Below, in pieces: positions 1-10,099 of a stretch of DNA of 50,303 nucleotides; the stretch's first letter is position 1; each line of letters begins with the position of its first letter. The translations under genes and the position numbers were made by a program. The notes under the pieces were generated by a model that had not been told where the DNA came from, ran no database searches, and worked only from the letters and a program-made list of their open reading frames with translations. Origin of the DNA: an uncultured Bacilli bacterium (GTDB lineage: Bacteria; Bacillota_I; Bacilli_A; RF39; UBA660); NCBI GenBank assembly GCA_958421325.1, contig CATZLO010000003.1, positions 1 through 50,303 on the forward strand. The letters are read 5' to 3'.

Positions 1-25
1 AAAAAACAACCGCAAAGCGGTTGGC

Positions 26-53
26 GAATGAAATTTATTTCATTCCTTTTTTA
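26..53 (+). terminator. Intrinsic terminator of a gene upstream of the window
   Basis: Hairpin gaatgaaa-ttta-tttcattc (26-45) followed by ccttttttatt. A shorter hairpin aaccgc-aaa-gcggtt lies at 8-22. Confidence 0.6.
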
Positions 54-120
54 TTGTTATTTTTATTTTTTGTGATAGTATATAGACACAGAAAAGAGAA
101 AGAGTTATGAAAGTAATGTA

Positions 121-381
121 ATGATTAAAGGGACTGCAGAAGACTATAATAATTTAGTAGTTTATATGGCAGATGGCTCTAAACCAAGGTATGCTATAGT
201 AGAAAAGAGTAAGGCTGTTGCTTGTGGTATAGGAGGATTAATTATTGCTGGTGTTATGGCAGGAGGAGTTCCTAATCAAGATCATTTGTTATTTGTTAAT
301 GCTTTGAGAATAGGTTTTCCAACAATAATTTTAGCATATAGCAGTATTAAAGGAATAATTGCTAAAAAGATATACTACTAA
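121..381 (+). CDS. Small hypothetical membrane protein (86 aa)
   Basis: ORF track. Has a Gly/Ala-rich hydrophobic stretch (CGIGGLIIAGVMAGG) and a second hydrophobic segment. No convincing SD and no family recognised. Confidence 0.35.
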   Translation: MIKGTAEDYNNLVVYMADGSKPRYAIVEKSKAVACGIGGLIIAGVMAGGVPNQDHLLFVNALRIGFPTIILAYSSIKGIIAKKIYY

Positions 382-410
382 AAAAAGACAATGATTTTAT
401 TATAATTGAA

Positions 411-1019
411 ATGAATAAAAATGCTGATAAAAGAACTTTATTAAAAGCTAGGAAGTATTTATATGCTGTTGTTGGGGGAGGACTAGTAGAAGGAGAAAAC
501 TCTAAAAAGATGCACATCATTCTTATTAACTTTAACAATTCTAAATATAATAATGATATAGAAGCGATCAGTGTTGGATATGATTTAAGAAATGAAAAGT
601 ATAATGATGTTATAGATGAAATAAAAATTTATGACATATATCTTGAAAGTCTTGAAAATGTACGTTATAATGGTAGTAACGAAAAAGAAACATATTTAGC
701 ATTGTTTAGAGCAGAGTCATTTGATGAGATGGGAAAAATTGCTAATGGTAATAAGGAGGCTTTGAAAGTAGTGGAAGAATTAGAAAGATTAAGTGAAAAT
801 GATGAGTTTAGAGTCCTTTATGATGCTGAAAAAATGAGAAGAAAAGAAATAAACTCTGCAAGACTTGATGGCTATGAAAATGGAATTACTAAAGGAAAAG
901 GGGAAGAGAAAGTTGCTATTGCCAAAAATCTTCTTAATATAGGAATATCTAAAGGGGACGTAATAAAAGTAACAGGTTTAAGTATAGAAGAGTTAGAAGA
1001 ACTAAAGAAAGAAGTTTAA
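411..1019 (+). CDS. Rpn-family (YhgA-like PD-(D/E)XK) recombination-promoting nuclease/putative transposase, apparently only the C-terminal part
   Basis: The tail ...DEFRVLYDAEKMRRKEINSARLDGYENGITKGKGEEKVAIAKNLLNIGISKGDVIKVTGLSIEELEELKK is the characteristic Rpn C-terminus. At 202 aa the N-terminal nuclease core is not recognisable, so the gene is probably truncated or decayed. Confidence 0.5.
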   Translation: MNKNADKRTLLKARKYLYAVVGGGLVEGENSKKMHIILINFNNSKYNNDIEAISVGYDLRNEKYNDVIDEIKIYDIYLESLENVRYNGSNEKETYLALFRAESFDEMGKIANGNKEALKVVEELERLSENDEFRVLYDAEKMRRKEINSARLDGYENGITKGKGEEKVAIAKNLLNIGISKGDVIKVTGLSIEELEELKKEV

Positions 1020-1067
1020 ACACTTCTTTCTTTATGTTAAAATATTAATAGAAAAGAGGTGAGAAAG

Positions 1068-3347
1068 ATGAACTTTAAATTTACTGATAACTCTATTTAT
1101 ATTGTCCCTAATAGTTTAAAGTTAAAACTATTAGATATCTTATCAACCGATAGTGAAATATATAATATAACTTTTATTAGTTTAGAAGAGTTAGAAAAAC
1201 ATTATTTCTTTGATATAAAAGAAGAAGCCTTACTATATTTATTAGATAAAACTAATGAGAATATCGATGTGTTAAGACTTATGTTAAAAAATCTTTATAA
1301 AATAGATATAACTAAAGATTATATAGAAACTAAATTAAATAATCTTAAGAGTTTATATTTTAATTTGAAAGATAATAATTATTTGATTTTTGATAAAGGA
1401 TATAAAGAATACTTATTAACTAAAAATATTTATATAATAGGTTATAGTATGCTGGAACCATATCAAAAAGAAATGTTAGATAGTATTAATGCTAACTATT
1501 TAGATATTGCTAGTAATTTATCTATAAATACTATTTATAAATATCACTCTATGAAAGATGAAATTATAGGTACTGCTTTAAAAATAAGAGAACTTAATAG
1601 TAAAGGTATTAATTATAATAAAATCTTTTTAGCGGGTATTGATAGTAGTTATAACTATTTACTTAAAACTATCTTTAAGATGTTTGATATCCCACTATAT
1701 CTAAAATCTACTAATAAAATAACTTCCTTAATAAGTGTAAAAGAATATTTAAGAGATAAAGATATTAATCGTATTAAAGACACTGACATAAAGTCTAAAA
1801 TTATGAAAATAGAAAGTGATTTAAATTATGCTAAAAACAGTAAATACTATGATATCTTATTAAAAGAAAAATTAGAGAATACTACTTTAGATAGTCCCGA
1901 ATTAATAGAGTCTGTTAAAGTTTTAAATGAATCTTTAGATATTCCTTATTTAATTAGTAGTGATCAATACTTATTTGTATTAGGATTTAATCAAAATCAT
2001 TTGCCTAAAATTTATAAGGATGAGGATTATTTGAGTGATAATTTAAAGAGTAAATGTAATTTAAGTACATCTTTTATTAAAAATAAATTAAGTAAAGATA
2101 ATTTAATTAGAGTATTAGGGACTATAAATAATCTTACTATTTCATATAAATTAACATCTCTAACAGATGAATATGCTAAATCTAGTTTATTGAATGAGTT
2201 TACTTTAAAAGAAATAGATCATCTTAATTATAATTATAATTATAGTAAGAAATTTAATAATTATAGGGCCAGTAGTATATTAGATATTTATTATAAATAC
2301 CATGAAAAAGATAAAGATTTTGACTTTATAACAACTAATATAGATACTAGTAAATATACTAGCTTTGATCATAAATTTAAAGGAATTAATAGGAAAGGGA
2401 CTTCCTATAGCTTATCTTACTCCAGTATAGATGATCTTGCTAAATGTCCTTTTAAATATTATTTAAAGCATATCTTAAAATTAGATAATTTTGATACTAA
2501 TTTTAATACTAAAATAGGCAATATTTTTCATAGTGTTTTAAAAGATAGCTATAATAATAACTTTTCTTTTGATGCATCTCTTGATAAAGCTTTAAAAGAT
2601 AATTCTTTAGATAAGAGAGAGACTATTTTATTTAAAAGGTTGGAAATAGAATTAAAAGAAATAGTTAACTACAATAAAAGAGTTGAAAAAAGAAGTTTTC
2701 TTACTGATTTTTATGGAGAAAAAAAATTAGAGATACCATTAAGTGAAAATGTTACATTAAAGGGGTTTATTGATAAGATATTGTTTAAAACATTTCATGA
2801 TAAAACTTATTATGCTGTTTTTGATTATAAGACGGGAAGTGCAACATTAAATTTAGATTATTTAGAAGAGGGATTATATTTACAACTACCTTTATATATT
2901 TACCTAATTAATAAAAGTAATTTATTTGAAAATCCTACTTTTGTTGGTTTCTTTTATCAATACTTATTACGAAGTTATAAAGATAAAGAAGAGTGGTTTA
3001 AAAATTTAAAACTAGTAGGATATACTACTGATGATAAAGTAATTCTTTCGTATTTAGATGAAGATTATGAGACTGATTCCTTTGTTAAAGGTTTAAGTGT
3101 TAAAAAAGATGGAGAATTATCTAGTAGAAGTAAGGTATTAAGTGATAGTGAAGTAGAAGATATAATAAACTCTATTGATAAAGCCTTAGAAAAGTGTCTT
3201 AAAACAATAGATAATAATTCTTTTGATATTGCTCCTAAAATAATTAATAACAAAAATATTTCTTGTGAGTTTTGTGCCTTTAAAGAAGTGTGTTTTGTAA
3301 GTCCTAGTGACTATGTTTATCTAGATAAGAAAGAAGGGGAGTCTTAA
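1068..3347 (+). CDS. addB: Helicase-nuclease AddAB subunit B (RexB-like type)
   Basis: C-terminal RecB-type nuclease and Fe-S module (CPFKYY, VFDYKTGSA, CEFCAFKEVC). No N-terminal Walker A. The stop overlaps the addA start (TAATG). I place the start at ATG 1068, with SD AGAGGTGA upstream, rather than the track GTG at 1059. Confidence 0.88.
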   Translation: MNFKFTDNSIYIVPNSLKLKLLDILSTDSEIYNITFISLEELEKHYFFDIKEEALLYLLDKTNENIDVLRLMLKNLYKIDITKDYIETKLNNLKSLYFNLKDNNYLIFDKGYKEYLLTKNIYIIGYSMLEPYQKEMLDSINANYLDIASNLSINTIYKYHSMKDEIIGTALKIRELNSKGINYNKIFLAGIDSSYNYLLKTIFKMFDIPLYLKSTNKITSLISVKEYLRDKDINRIKDTDIKSKIMKIESDLNYAKNSKYYDILLKEKLENTTLDSPELIESVKVLNESLDIPYLISSDQYLFVLGFNQNHLPKIYKDEDYLSDNLKSKCNLSTSFIKNKLSKDNLIRVLGTINNLTISYKLTSLTDEYAKSSLLNEFTLKEIDHLNYNYNYSKKFNNYRASSILDIYYKYHEKDKDFDFITTNIDTSKYTSFDHKFKGINRKGTSYSLSYSSIDDLAKCPFKYYLKHILKLDNFDTNFNTKIGNIFHSVLKDSYNNNFSFDASLDKALKDNSLDKRETILFKRLEIELKEIVNYNKRVEKRSFLTDFYGEKKLEIPLSENVTLKGFIDKILFKTFHDKTYYAVFDYKTGSATLNLDYLEEGLYLQLPLYIYLINKSNLFENPTFVGFFYQYLLRSYKDKEEWFKNLKLVGYTTDDKVILSYLDEDYETDSFVKGLSVKKDGELSSRSKVLSDSEVEDIINSIDKALEKCLKTIDNNSFDIAPKIINNKNISCEFCAFKEVCFVSPSDYVYLDKKEGES

Positions 3348-6300
3348 TGCCTAAATTTACTGAAGAACAACAACTTGCTATTGATTTAGAGGGATCTAAT
3401 ATATTAGTAAGTGCAGGAGCAGGAAGTGGTAAGACTGCTGTTTTAACAGAACGAGTTTTGAGAAAGTTAAAAGAGGGTACACATATAAATGAACTTTTAA
3501 TATTAACATTTACTAATAAAGCAGCATTAGAAATGAAAGAGCGAGTTAGAAAGAAACTGAAAGAAAATAAAATGTTAGATGAACTAGATTTACTTGATAG
3601 CAGTTATATTACAACCTTTGATTCCTATTCTCTTGCTTTAGTTAAAAAATATGCTGATACTATTCATTTGTCATCTGATATTACAATTGCTGAAGCTAGT
3701 ATTTTAGATCTTGCTAAAAAAGAAATATTAGATCAGTTATTTTTAGAATATTATGATAAATCTCCTAAAGACTTTCTTAATCTAATTACTAAATATTGCC
3801 TCAAAGATGATAAAATTATTAAGAAAAGAATATTAGAACTTGATAGTACTTTAGATTTAAAATTAGATAAGAATGAATTTATTAATACATATATTTCTAA
3901 ATATTATGGTGATGAAGTAATAGATAAATATATTAAAGATTTTTTAGAATTTCTAAAAAGTAAAAAAGACAATATTATAAATCTATATGAAGATGTTAGA
4001 AGCTTAACTTCTAGTAAGTATTTAGAACAATTAGAGGAGATGTTTTCACCTTTTATAAATGCAAACAGTTATGAAGAGTTGAGACGAACAATATTTACAT
4101 CACTTCCTAGAGCAAGAACTGGTGTAGATAGTGATTCTAAAGAGCTAAGAGAGAACTTAACAGCAGCACTAAAAGAAATTAGTGACCTAGTTATCTATGA
4201 AACCATTGATGATATTAAAGTTAGTATTATTAAGACTAAAGAATATATATCTATAATATTAGAGTTAGTTAAAGAGTTAGATAGACGTTTTAGTATATAT
4301 AAGAAAGAAAATAATTACTATACTTTTATGGATATTGAAAAACTTGCAATTAGTTTGGTAAAAGATAATTTAGAGATTAGAGAGGAAGTAAAAAAAAGTT
4401 TTAAAGAAATATTAATTGATGAGTATCAAGATACCAATGATATTCAAGAAACCTTTATTAGTTATATTTCAGAAGATAATGTTTATATGGTAGGAGATAT
4501 TAAACAGTCAATATATCGTTTCCGTAATGCTAATCCAGCAATCTTTAAAGATAAGTATGATAATTATAAAAAAAATAAGGGAGGAAGAGTAATAGATCTT
4601 GCTAAAAACTTTAGGAGTAGAAAAGAAGTATTAAGTGATATAAATCTTTTCTTTTCTCATATTATGGATGACTATTTAGGAGAAGCAGATTACAATAATG
4701 GGCATGCTATGATTTTTGGTAATATGACATATGAAGATAAAGCTAAAACTAGTAATAATAACTATTTAGATATCTATACTTATGATACTAAAGATAAAGA
4801 GTATAGTAAATTAGAAAAAGAGGCTTTTATTATTGCTAATGATATTAAAGAAAAAGTTAATAGTAAATATTTAGTCTATGATAAAGATTTGGATGTTTTG
4901 AGAGAAGTTGAGTATAGAGATTTTGTAATACTATTAGACAGAGCGACTGATTTTACTACTTATAAACAAGTATTTCAATATTTAGGTCTTCCTATTACTT
5001 TATATGAAGATGAAAAAACAAGTGGTAGTACTGATTTATATCTTTTAAAAAATTTTTTTATTCTTGCGAAAGCTATTATTACTAATAAATTTGATAGTAA
5101 GTTTAAACTTGCTTTTACTTCTATTGCACGTAGTTTCTTATTTTCATATAAAGATGATAAGATATATCAGACTATTATGAATAACACTTATAAAGAGACT
5201 AGCGTCTATATAGTTTTTAAGGAAATCCTTGAAAATATAGATAAATTAACACCAGTAGTTTATTTAGAATCTTTATTAGATAAATTAGATTATATAGATA
5301 AACTTGCCTTAATTGGTAATATAGATATTAACTCTAGTAGAATGGAATACTTTTATAATCTAATAGCAAACTTAGAAAAAAGCAACTTTACTATTATTGA
5401 TGTCAGTGATTATCTAGAAAAAATTAATGACGAAAAATTAGAAATAAAACTTGCTATTAGCAAAGAAGATAGTAATAGTGTTAAAATTATGACTATTCAT
5501 AAATCTAAAGGACTAGAATATCCTATCTGTTATTTTGCTGGATTTTATAAAGACTTTAATAAGGATGAATATAAGAGCAACGTTTTATTCAATCAAGATT
5601 ATGGTATAATTATTGATGAAGTTGATACTAATAATAAACTAATTACAAAAGTGCTCGCTTTAGAAAAATTAAAACAAAAAGATATTAGTGAAAAAATTAG
5701 ACTTTTATATGTAGCATTGACTCGAGCAAGAGAGAAAATGATAGTAGTTATGCCTAATATAGAAAGTAACAAAGAATTAAGAAATGTTGTTAGTAATTAT
5801 GATAGATTAAACTATACAAACTTTGCAAAAATGGTTATTAGTGTAGCTAGCCTTTTTAAAGAAAAAATTAAAGAAATAGAAACTATAAAAGATATATCTA
5901 AAGAGTATTTAGAAGTTAAGAATTTTTTTTCTAAAGCAGATAAAAATATAAAAAAAATAGAGATTATCCCTTCAGTTTATGATAATAACACTAAAATAAA
6001 AGAGACATATCATAAAGAAAATAGTGATGAAAAAACACAAGAAGAAATGAAATTAATAGAAATAGGAAAAAATGTCCACACTTTTTTTGAACGGATTAAC
6101 TTTATTGATAATAAATTACCCTATATAGAAGATAATTATTATAAGGAAAAGCTTACTAAGTTTCTTAATAGCGATTTTATGAATAAGTATAAAGAATATA
6201 AAAAATATCAAGAATATGAATTTATTTATCAAAAAAGTAATGAAACTTATCATGGTAAAATAGACTTATTATTAGTAGGGGATAAAGAGGCTATTATTAT

Positions 6301-6442
6301 AGATTATAAACTTAAAAACACGAAAGATAAAGCCTATATAGAACAGTTAAATGGATATAAAGAAGTAATTACCAACAAATTAAATCTTCCTACTACTTGT
6401 TATTTATATTCGATAATTGCAGAAAAATTCGAAAAAATTTGA
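3347..6442 (+). CDS. addA: ATP-dependent helicase/nuclease AddAB subunit A
   Basis: UvrD/PcrA-type motifs GAGSGKT, LIDEYQDTN, VGDIKQSIYRFRNA, TIHKSKGLEYP and LLYVALTRAREKM. C-terminal nuclease motif GKIDLLLV...IIDYKLK. Confidence 0.92.
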   Translation: MPKFTEEQQLAIDLEGSNILVSAGAGSGKTAVLTERVLRKLKEGTHINELLILTFTNKAALEMKERVRKKLKENKMLDELDLLDSSYITTFDSYSLALVKKYADTIHLSSDITIAEASILDLAKKEILDQLFLEYYDKSPKDFLNLITKYCLKDDKIIKKRILELDSTLDLKLDKNEFINTYISKYYGDEVIDKYIKDFLEFLKSKKDNIINLYEDVRSLTSSKYLEQLEEMFSPFINANSYEELRRTIFTSLPRARTGVDSDSKELRENLTAALKEISDLVIYETIDDIKVSIIKTKEYISIILELVKELDRRFSIYKKENNYYTFMDIEKLAISLVKDNLEIREEVKKSFKEILIDEYQDTNDIQETFISYISEDNVYMVGDIKQSIYRFRNANPAIFKDKYDNYKKNKGGRVIDLAKNFRSRKEVLSDINLFFSHIMDDYLGEADYNNGHAMIFGNMTYEDKAKTSNNNYLDIYTYDTKDKEYSKLEKEAFIIANDIKEKVNSKYLVYDKDLDVLREVEYRDFVILLDRATDFTTYKQVFQYLGLPITLYEDEKTSGSTDLYLLKNFFILAKAIITNKFDSKFKLAFTSIARSFLFSYKDDKIYQTIMNNTYKETSVYIVFKEILENIDKLTPVVYLESLLDKLDYIDKLALIGNIDINSSRMEYFYNLIANLEKSNFTIIDVSDYLEKINDEKLEIKLAISKEDSNSVKIMTIHKSKGLEYPICYFAGFYKDFNKDEYKSNVLFNQDYGIIIDEVDTNNKLITKVLALEKLKQKDISEKIRLLYVALTRAREKMIVVMPNIESNKELRNVVSNYDRLNYTNFAKMVISVASLFKEKIKEIETIKDISKEYLEVKNFFSKADKNIKKIEIIPSVYDNNTKIKETYHKENSDEKTQEEMKLIEIGKNVHTFFERINFIDNKLPYIEDNYYKEKLTKFLNSDFMNKYKEYKKYQEYEFIYQKSNETYHGKIDLLLVGDKEAIIIDYKLKNTKDKAYIEQLNGYKEVITNKLNLPTTCYLYSIIAEKFEKI

Positions 6443-6467
6443 CAAAATGCCTAAATTGTAGTATAAT
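6439..6467 (+). promoter_or_regulatory. Consensus sigma-A promoter for the 139-aa ORF
   Basis: TTGACA (6439-6444), 17-nt spacer, TATAAT (6462-6467). The -35 overlaps the addA stop codon. Confidence 0.6.
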
Positions 6468-6512
6468 ACAAGCAACTTCAAGATATGGGGTCAATAAAAA
6501 GGGGGTATACAT

Positions 6513-6932
6513 ATGGAGAAGTCATTTATATTTGAATATTTAGATGAGAATGATTTTAGAAAAAGAGAACGTTCTTTAAGAAAATACAATATGTTAGCTT
6601 ATAAAAAACTAACATTCGAATATTATCCAGAATTAAGAAAAGGTCATTTTTTAGGTGAAAAGGTTAGTGAAGATGCTAAAGCAGGTACAATAAACTATGA
6701 ACTTAAATTACCAACTGATGAGTTATCTGCTAAAGTACATGGGGAGATTAGAGTTCATTATACAGTATATCCTGATAAACATGTTATTTTACTTACCAAT
6801 ATTACTCCAGAAGATATTTTAAACGAAGGACATGCAGCTGAATTATCTACTTATAAAGGAGTAATGATATCTAAAAGTCATCCCGAAAAGGATGTGTTTA
6901 AAATCAACCTATTAAATATGTTAAATAAGTAG
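6513..6932 (+). CDS. Hypothetical protein (139 aa) with weak RelE/ParE-like core resemblance
   Basis: SD GGGGG upstream, plus its own promoter and terminator. The segment YELKLP...GEIRVHYTVYPDKHVILLTNITP resembles the beta-sheet core of RelE/ParE-type toxins. This is inference only. Confidence 0.6.
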   Translation: MEKSFIFEYLDENDFRKRERSLRKYNMLAYKKLTFEYYPELRKGHFLGEKVSEDAKAGTINYELKLPTDELSAKVHGEIRVHYTVYPDKHVILLTNITPEDILNEGHAAELSTYKGVMISKSHPEKDVFKINLLNMLNK

Positions 6933-6957
6933 CCATGAAATTGTGGCTATTTTTTTG
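6930..6957 (+). terminator. Intrinsic terminator
   Basis: Hairpin tagccat-gaaatt-gtggcta followed by a T7 run. Confidence 0.75.
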
Positions 6958-7016
6958 TTAAAACCCCTTGCAGAAGTTTAAAATTTATGCTAATATTAAA
7001 TAGCAGTGATTTATAT

Positions 7017-7093
7017 GGACCCTTAGCTCAGTTGGTTAGAGCATCCGGCTCATAACCGGACGGTCGATGGTTCGAGTCCATCAGGGTCCACCA
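7017..7093 (+). tRNA. tRNA with anticodon CAT (elongator Met type, or tRNA-Ile2 read via lysidine)
   Basis: Complete cloverleaf folded by eye: acceptor ggaccct/agggtcc, anticodon stem tccgg/ccgga, loop ctCATaa, T-arm gatgg-ttcgagt-ccatc, encoded CCA. Not initiator-like, because pair 1:72 is G-C. Confidence 0.9.
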
Positions 7094-7100
7094 TTATCTT

Positions 7101-7184
7101 GCGGGTATGGCGGAATTGGCAGACGCGCTAGACTTAGGATCTAGTGTCTTAGACGTGCAGGTTCAACTCCTGTTACCCGCACCA
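7101..7184 (+). tRNA. tRNA-Leu (anticodon TAG)
   Basis: Acceptor gcgggta/tacccgc, anticodon stem ctaga/tctag with loop ctTAGga, long variable arm, T-loop ttcaact, encoded CCA. Confidence 0.9.
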
Positions 7185-7224
7185 GTTGCGAATTTGTTCG
7201 AACTATTCGAACTTTGATATAGGG

Positions 7225-7249
7225 ATCAATCAGAAATGATTGATTTTTC
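7225..7249 (+). terminator. Intrinsic terminator of the tRNA pair
   Basis: 8-bp hairpin atcaatca-gaaa-tgattgat followed by tttt. Confidence 0.7.
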
Positions 7250-7442
7250 GTTTATGCAGTGATAAAAAGCTCTGATAGAAAAGAAATACGCAGTCATTTT
7301 GGGGATAGGTATTTCAAAAGACTTGTGATATGCTATTTTTGTCAACGAGTAACAGTTCATATAAGTGTAAGCTACAGCACTAGATTGTAGATAACTATCA
7401 TGGACTTATTATAATAAAATATTATAAAAGTAGGTGTTAACT

Positions 7443-8300
7443 ATGCAAAGATTTAAGGCTACTAAGATAGCGAGTTTTTTAGGAATATTTTTTAATTTAT
7501 TTCTATTTGTAATTAAGTTTACCGCTTCATTTTTTACCTCAAGTCAAGCGATGATGGCAGATGCTGTTAATAGTTTGGGAGATATATTCTCATCACTTAT
7601 GACTTTAATAGGTAATAAAATAGCAAGTAAACCAAGTGATGATGATCATAATCTTGGTCATGGTAAAGCAGAATATATTTATTCTCTATTGATAAGTATT
7701 GTTATTATGGTGGTAGCACTTACATTATTTAAAGACTCACTAGAATCCATATTTGTTAAAAGTAATTATACTTTCTCATATATGTTAATAGTAGTTTGCA
7801 TCATTACTATAGTTGTTAAACTAACATTATATTTTTATACTAATAAACTATCTAAAAGTCTAAATAGTTTATTATTAAAAGCTAACTCTAAAGATCATTT
7901 ATATGATGCTATTATTACAACAATTAACTTACTAGCAATTATTTTAACTAGCTTTGGAATTTATTTTGTTGATGGCTTAGTGGGTGTCTTAATAGCTTTG
8001 TGGATATTAATTAGCGGTCTTAAGATTTTTAAAGAAAGCTATGATGTTTTAATGGATAAAGCATTAGATAATGATACAAAAGATAAAGTATTAGAGGTAG
8101 TTAAGAAATATAAGGAAGTGAAAAAAATAACTCATTTTAATGCTACCCCAGTTGGTTATAAATACCAAATATCTTTTACTATTTTTGTGGATGGTAATAT
8201 GTCTACTTATGAATCTCATGATATTGCTAATAAAATAGAACGCGAACTTGAAAAGTTTCCAGAAATATATTTAACAGTAATACATGTTAATCCTATTTAA
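7443..8300 (+). CDS. Cation diffusion facilitator (CDF) family divalent-metal efflux transporter
   Basis: Six predicted TM helices plus a C-terminal cytoplasmic domain. CDF-like motifs SQAMMADAVNSLGD and HNLGHGKAEY. Start placed at ATG 7443, after SD AGGTG; the track start is GTG 7434. Confidence 0.8.
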   Translation: MQRFKATKIASFLGIFFNLFLFVIKFTASFFTSSQAMMADAVNSLGDIFSSLMTLIGNKIASKPSDDDHNLGHGKAEYIYSLLISIVIMVVALTLFKDSLESIFVKSNYTFSYMLIVVCIITIVVKLTLYFYTNKLSKSLNSLLLKANSKDHLYDAIITTINLLAIILTSFGIYFVDGLVGVLIALWILISGLKIFKESYDVLMDKALDNDTKDKVLEVVKKYKEVKKITHFNATPVGYKYQISFTIFVDGNMSTYESHDIANKIERELEKFPEIYLTVIHVNPI

Positions 8301-8356
8301 TCCTTTGCAATATAAAGAAAATATGATATAATCTACTGGTAGAAAGAAGGAGTAAT

Positions 8357-9979
8357 ATGGAAAAAATATATGTTTTTGGACATCGCAAACCTGATACAGA
8401 CTCAGTTAGTGCAGCGATAAGTTATTCTTATTTAAAAAAACAGTTAGGTTTTAATGTAGAACCTCGTGTACTTAGTGCAATTAATAAAGAGACCAAATAT
8501 GCACTAAAATACTTTAAGGTAAAAGAGCCCACTTACTTAAATGATGTTAAATTACAACTTAAAGATGTTAATTATCATAAAGGATATTTCTTAAATGAAA
8601 AGAAATCTATCTTTGATAGTTATATCTATATGTTAAATGAAGGCTTAACTGGTGTACCAATTGTTGATGATAAAAATAAATTTAAAGGAATAGTAACAAT
8701 TAAAGACCTAGCTCATACTTTTATTAATACTAAAGTAGAGAATCTTGAAACTAGTTTTGATAACTTACTTAATGTTTTAAATGCTGAAGAAGTAAATAGA
8801 GCTGATGATGAAGTTGTTGGTAATATTTTAGCAGCTGCATATCGTAGTACAACCTTTATTAATACAGTTAATTTAACTAGTGATGATATCTTAATAGTTG
8901 GAGATAGACATAGTGTTATAGAATATGCCGTTAACTCTAAAGTTAAAATGATTATTCTATCAGGATTTAGTGAAATTAAAGATAAACATATAGAACTTGC
9001 TAAAGAAAATGGTGTTAATATTATTAGAAGTAGTTACGATACTTATCATATTGCTAAATTAATAGGCTTAGCTAACTACATTAGAACAATGGAAAGAACT
9101 ACTAAAGATGCAGTTTACTTTGATGAAAATAGTTATGTCGATGATATAATAGATGTTAATAAGAAGTTAAGACATACTAATTATCCTGTTATTAATTCTA
9201 AAACTGGTAAATGTTTAGGACTATTGAGAATTACTGATTTAGATTCTAAAAATCCTAAGAAGGTAATATTAGTAGACCATAATGAAGCTAAACAAAGTGC
9301 TGAAGGTTTAGATGAAGCAGAGATTGTTGAAGTGGTTGATCATCATAATCTAAGCAGTCTATCTACTACTAGTCCTATTAACTTTAGAAATATGGCAGTA
9401 GGTTCAAGTAATACAATTATCTATTCTTTATATAAAGAAAGAGAAATTAAAATACCTAAAGAAATAGCGGGAATGATGTTATCAGGAATTCTATCAGATA
9501 CTTTAATACTTAAATCACCTACAACTACAGAATTAGATAGAAAAGCAGTTAAAGAGTTATCTAGTATTGCAGAAGTTGATTATGAAGAATATGGACTTAA
9601 TTTAATTAAGGCAGGTACATCACTTGATGGTATGAGTCATGAAGATGTACTATATAATGACTTTAAATTATATACTGTAGATGATAAGACTTTAGGTATA
9701 GGACAATTCTTTACTACTAATTTTGATGAAATTAAGAAAGATATAGATTCATATCTTGATACACTTGATAGAGAAGCAGAAGGTAATAATTACTCATTAA
9801 TCGCTTTATATATTACAGATATTATTAAGAACGGTTCTTATGTTTTATTTAATAGAAAAGCTAAAGACATAATGGATATGGCTTATGATAAAGATATGAG
9901 TGAAGGTGAGTACTTACAAGATTGTGTTTCTCGTAAGAAGAATGTTGTGCCTGTAATAATGGCAAGTTTTGAGAAGTAG
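8357..9979 (+). CDS. Family II (Mn-dependent) inorganic pyrophosphatase with inserted CBS/DRTGG regulatory domains
   Basis: N-terminus MEKIYVFGHRKPDTDSVSAAISY (DHH fold), VDHNE, VVDHHN, DHHA2-like C-terminus. 540 aa, with CBS-like inserts (GVPIVDDKNKFKGIVTIKDL). Confidence 0.85.
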   Translation: MEKIYVFGHRKPDTDSVSAAISYSYLKKQLGFNVEPRVLSAINKETKYALKYFKVKEPTYLNDVKLQLKDVNYHKGYFLNEKKSIFDSYIYMLNEGLTGVPIVDDKNKFKGIVTIKDLAHTFINTKVENLETSFDNLLNVLNAEEVNRADDEVVGNILAAAYRSTTFINTVNLTSDDILIVGDRHSVIEYAVNSKVKMIILSGFSEIKDKHIELAKENGVNIIRSSYDTYHIAKLIGLANYIRTMERTTKDAVYFDENSYVDDIIDVNKKLRHTNYPVINSKTGKCLGLLRITDLDSKNPKKVILVDHNEAKQSAEGLDEAEIVEVVDHHNLSSLSTTSPINFRNMAVGSSNTIIYSLYKEREIKIPKEIAGMMLSGILSDTLILKSPTTTELDRKAVKELSSIAEVDYEEYGLNLIKAGTSLDGMSHEDVLYNDFKLYTVDDKTLGIGQFFTTNFDEIKKDIDSYLDTLDREAEGNNYSLIALYITDIIKNGSYVLFNRKAKDIMDMAYDKDMSEGEYLQDCVSRKKNVVPVIMASFEK

Positions 9980-10099
9980 TATGGTTTAGACTATACTTTT
10001 TCTTTTGCTAAATATGTTTAGAAGTGTCTAATTGACTTTATAATCCTTTTATTTCTTCTTTTTTAATGATATAATTGTGGAATAGAAAAGAGGTTATTT

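Noticed and set aside
3065-3253. Antisense or overlapping ORFs from the six-frame track. This one, plus 10925-11164, 11782-11967, 14292-14537, 19703-19897, 20258-20488, 28088-28312, 29632-29901, 29883-30107, 31395-31580, 31712-31969, 37865-38221, 41231-41434 and 49127-49333.
   Set aside because: Most lie opposite or overlapping well-supported conserved genes; 31395-31580 is largely intergenic. All have low-complexity Ile/Leu/Phe/Lys-rich translations typical of AT-rich antisense frames, and none has an SD.
7250-7433. A metal-sensing riboswitch (czcD/NiCo type) upstream of the CDF transporter
   Set aside because: Only scattered ACAG-like words are present (aacag, acagc). There are no G-rich junction elements and no convincing paired helices, so I cannot support it from sequence.
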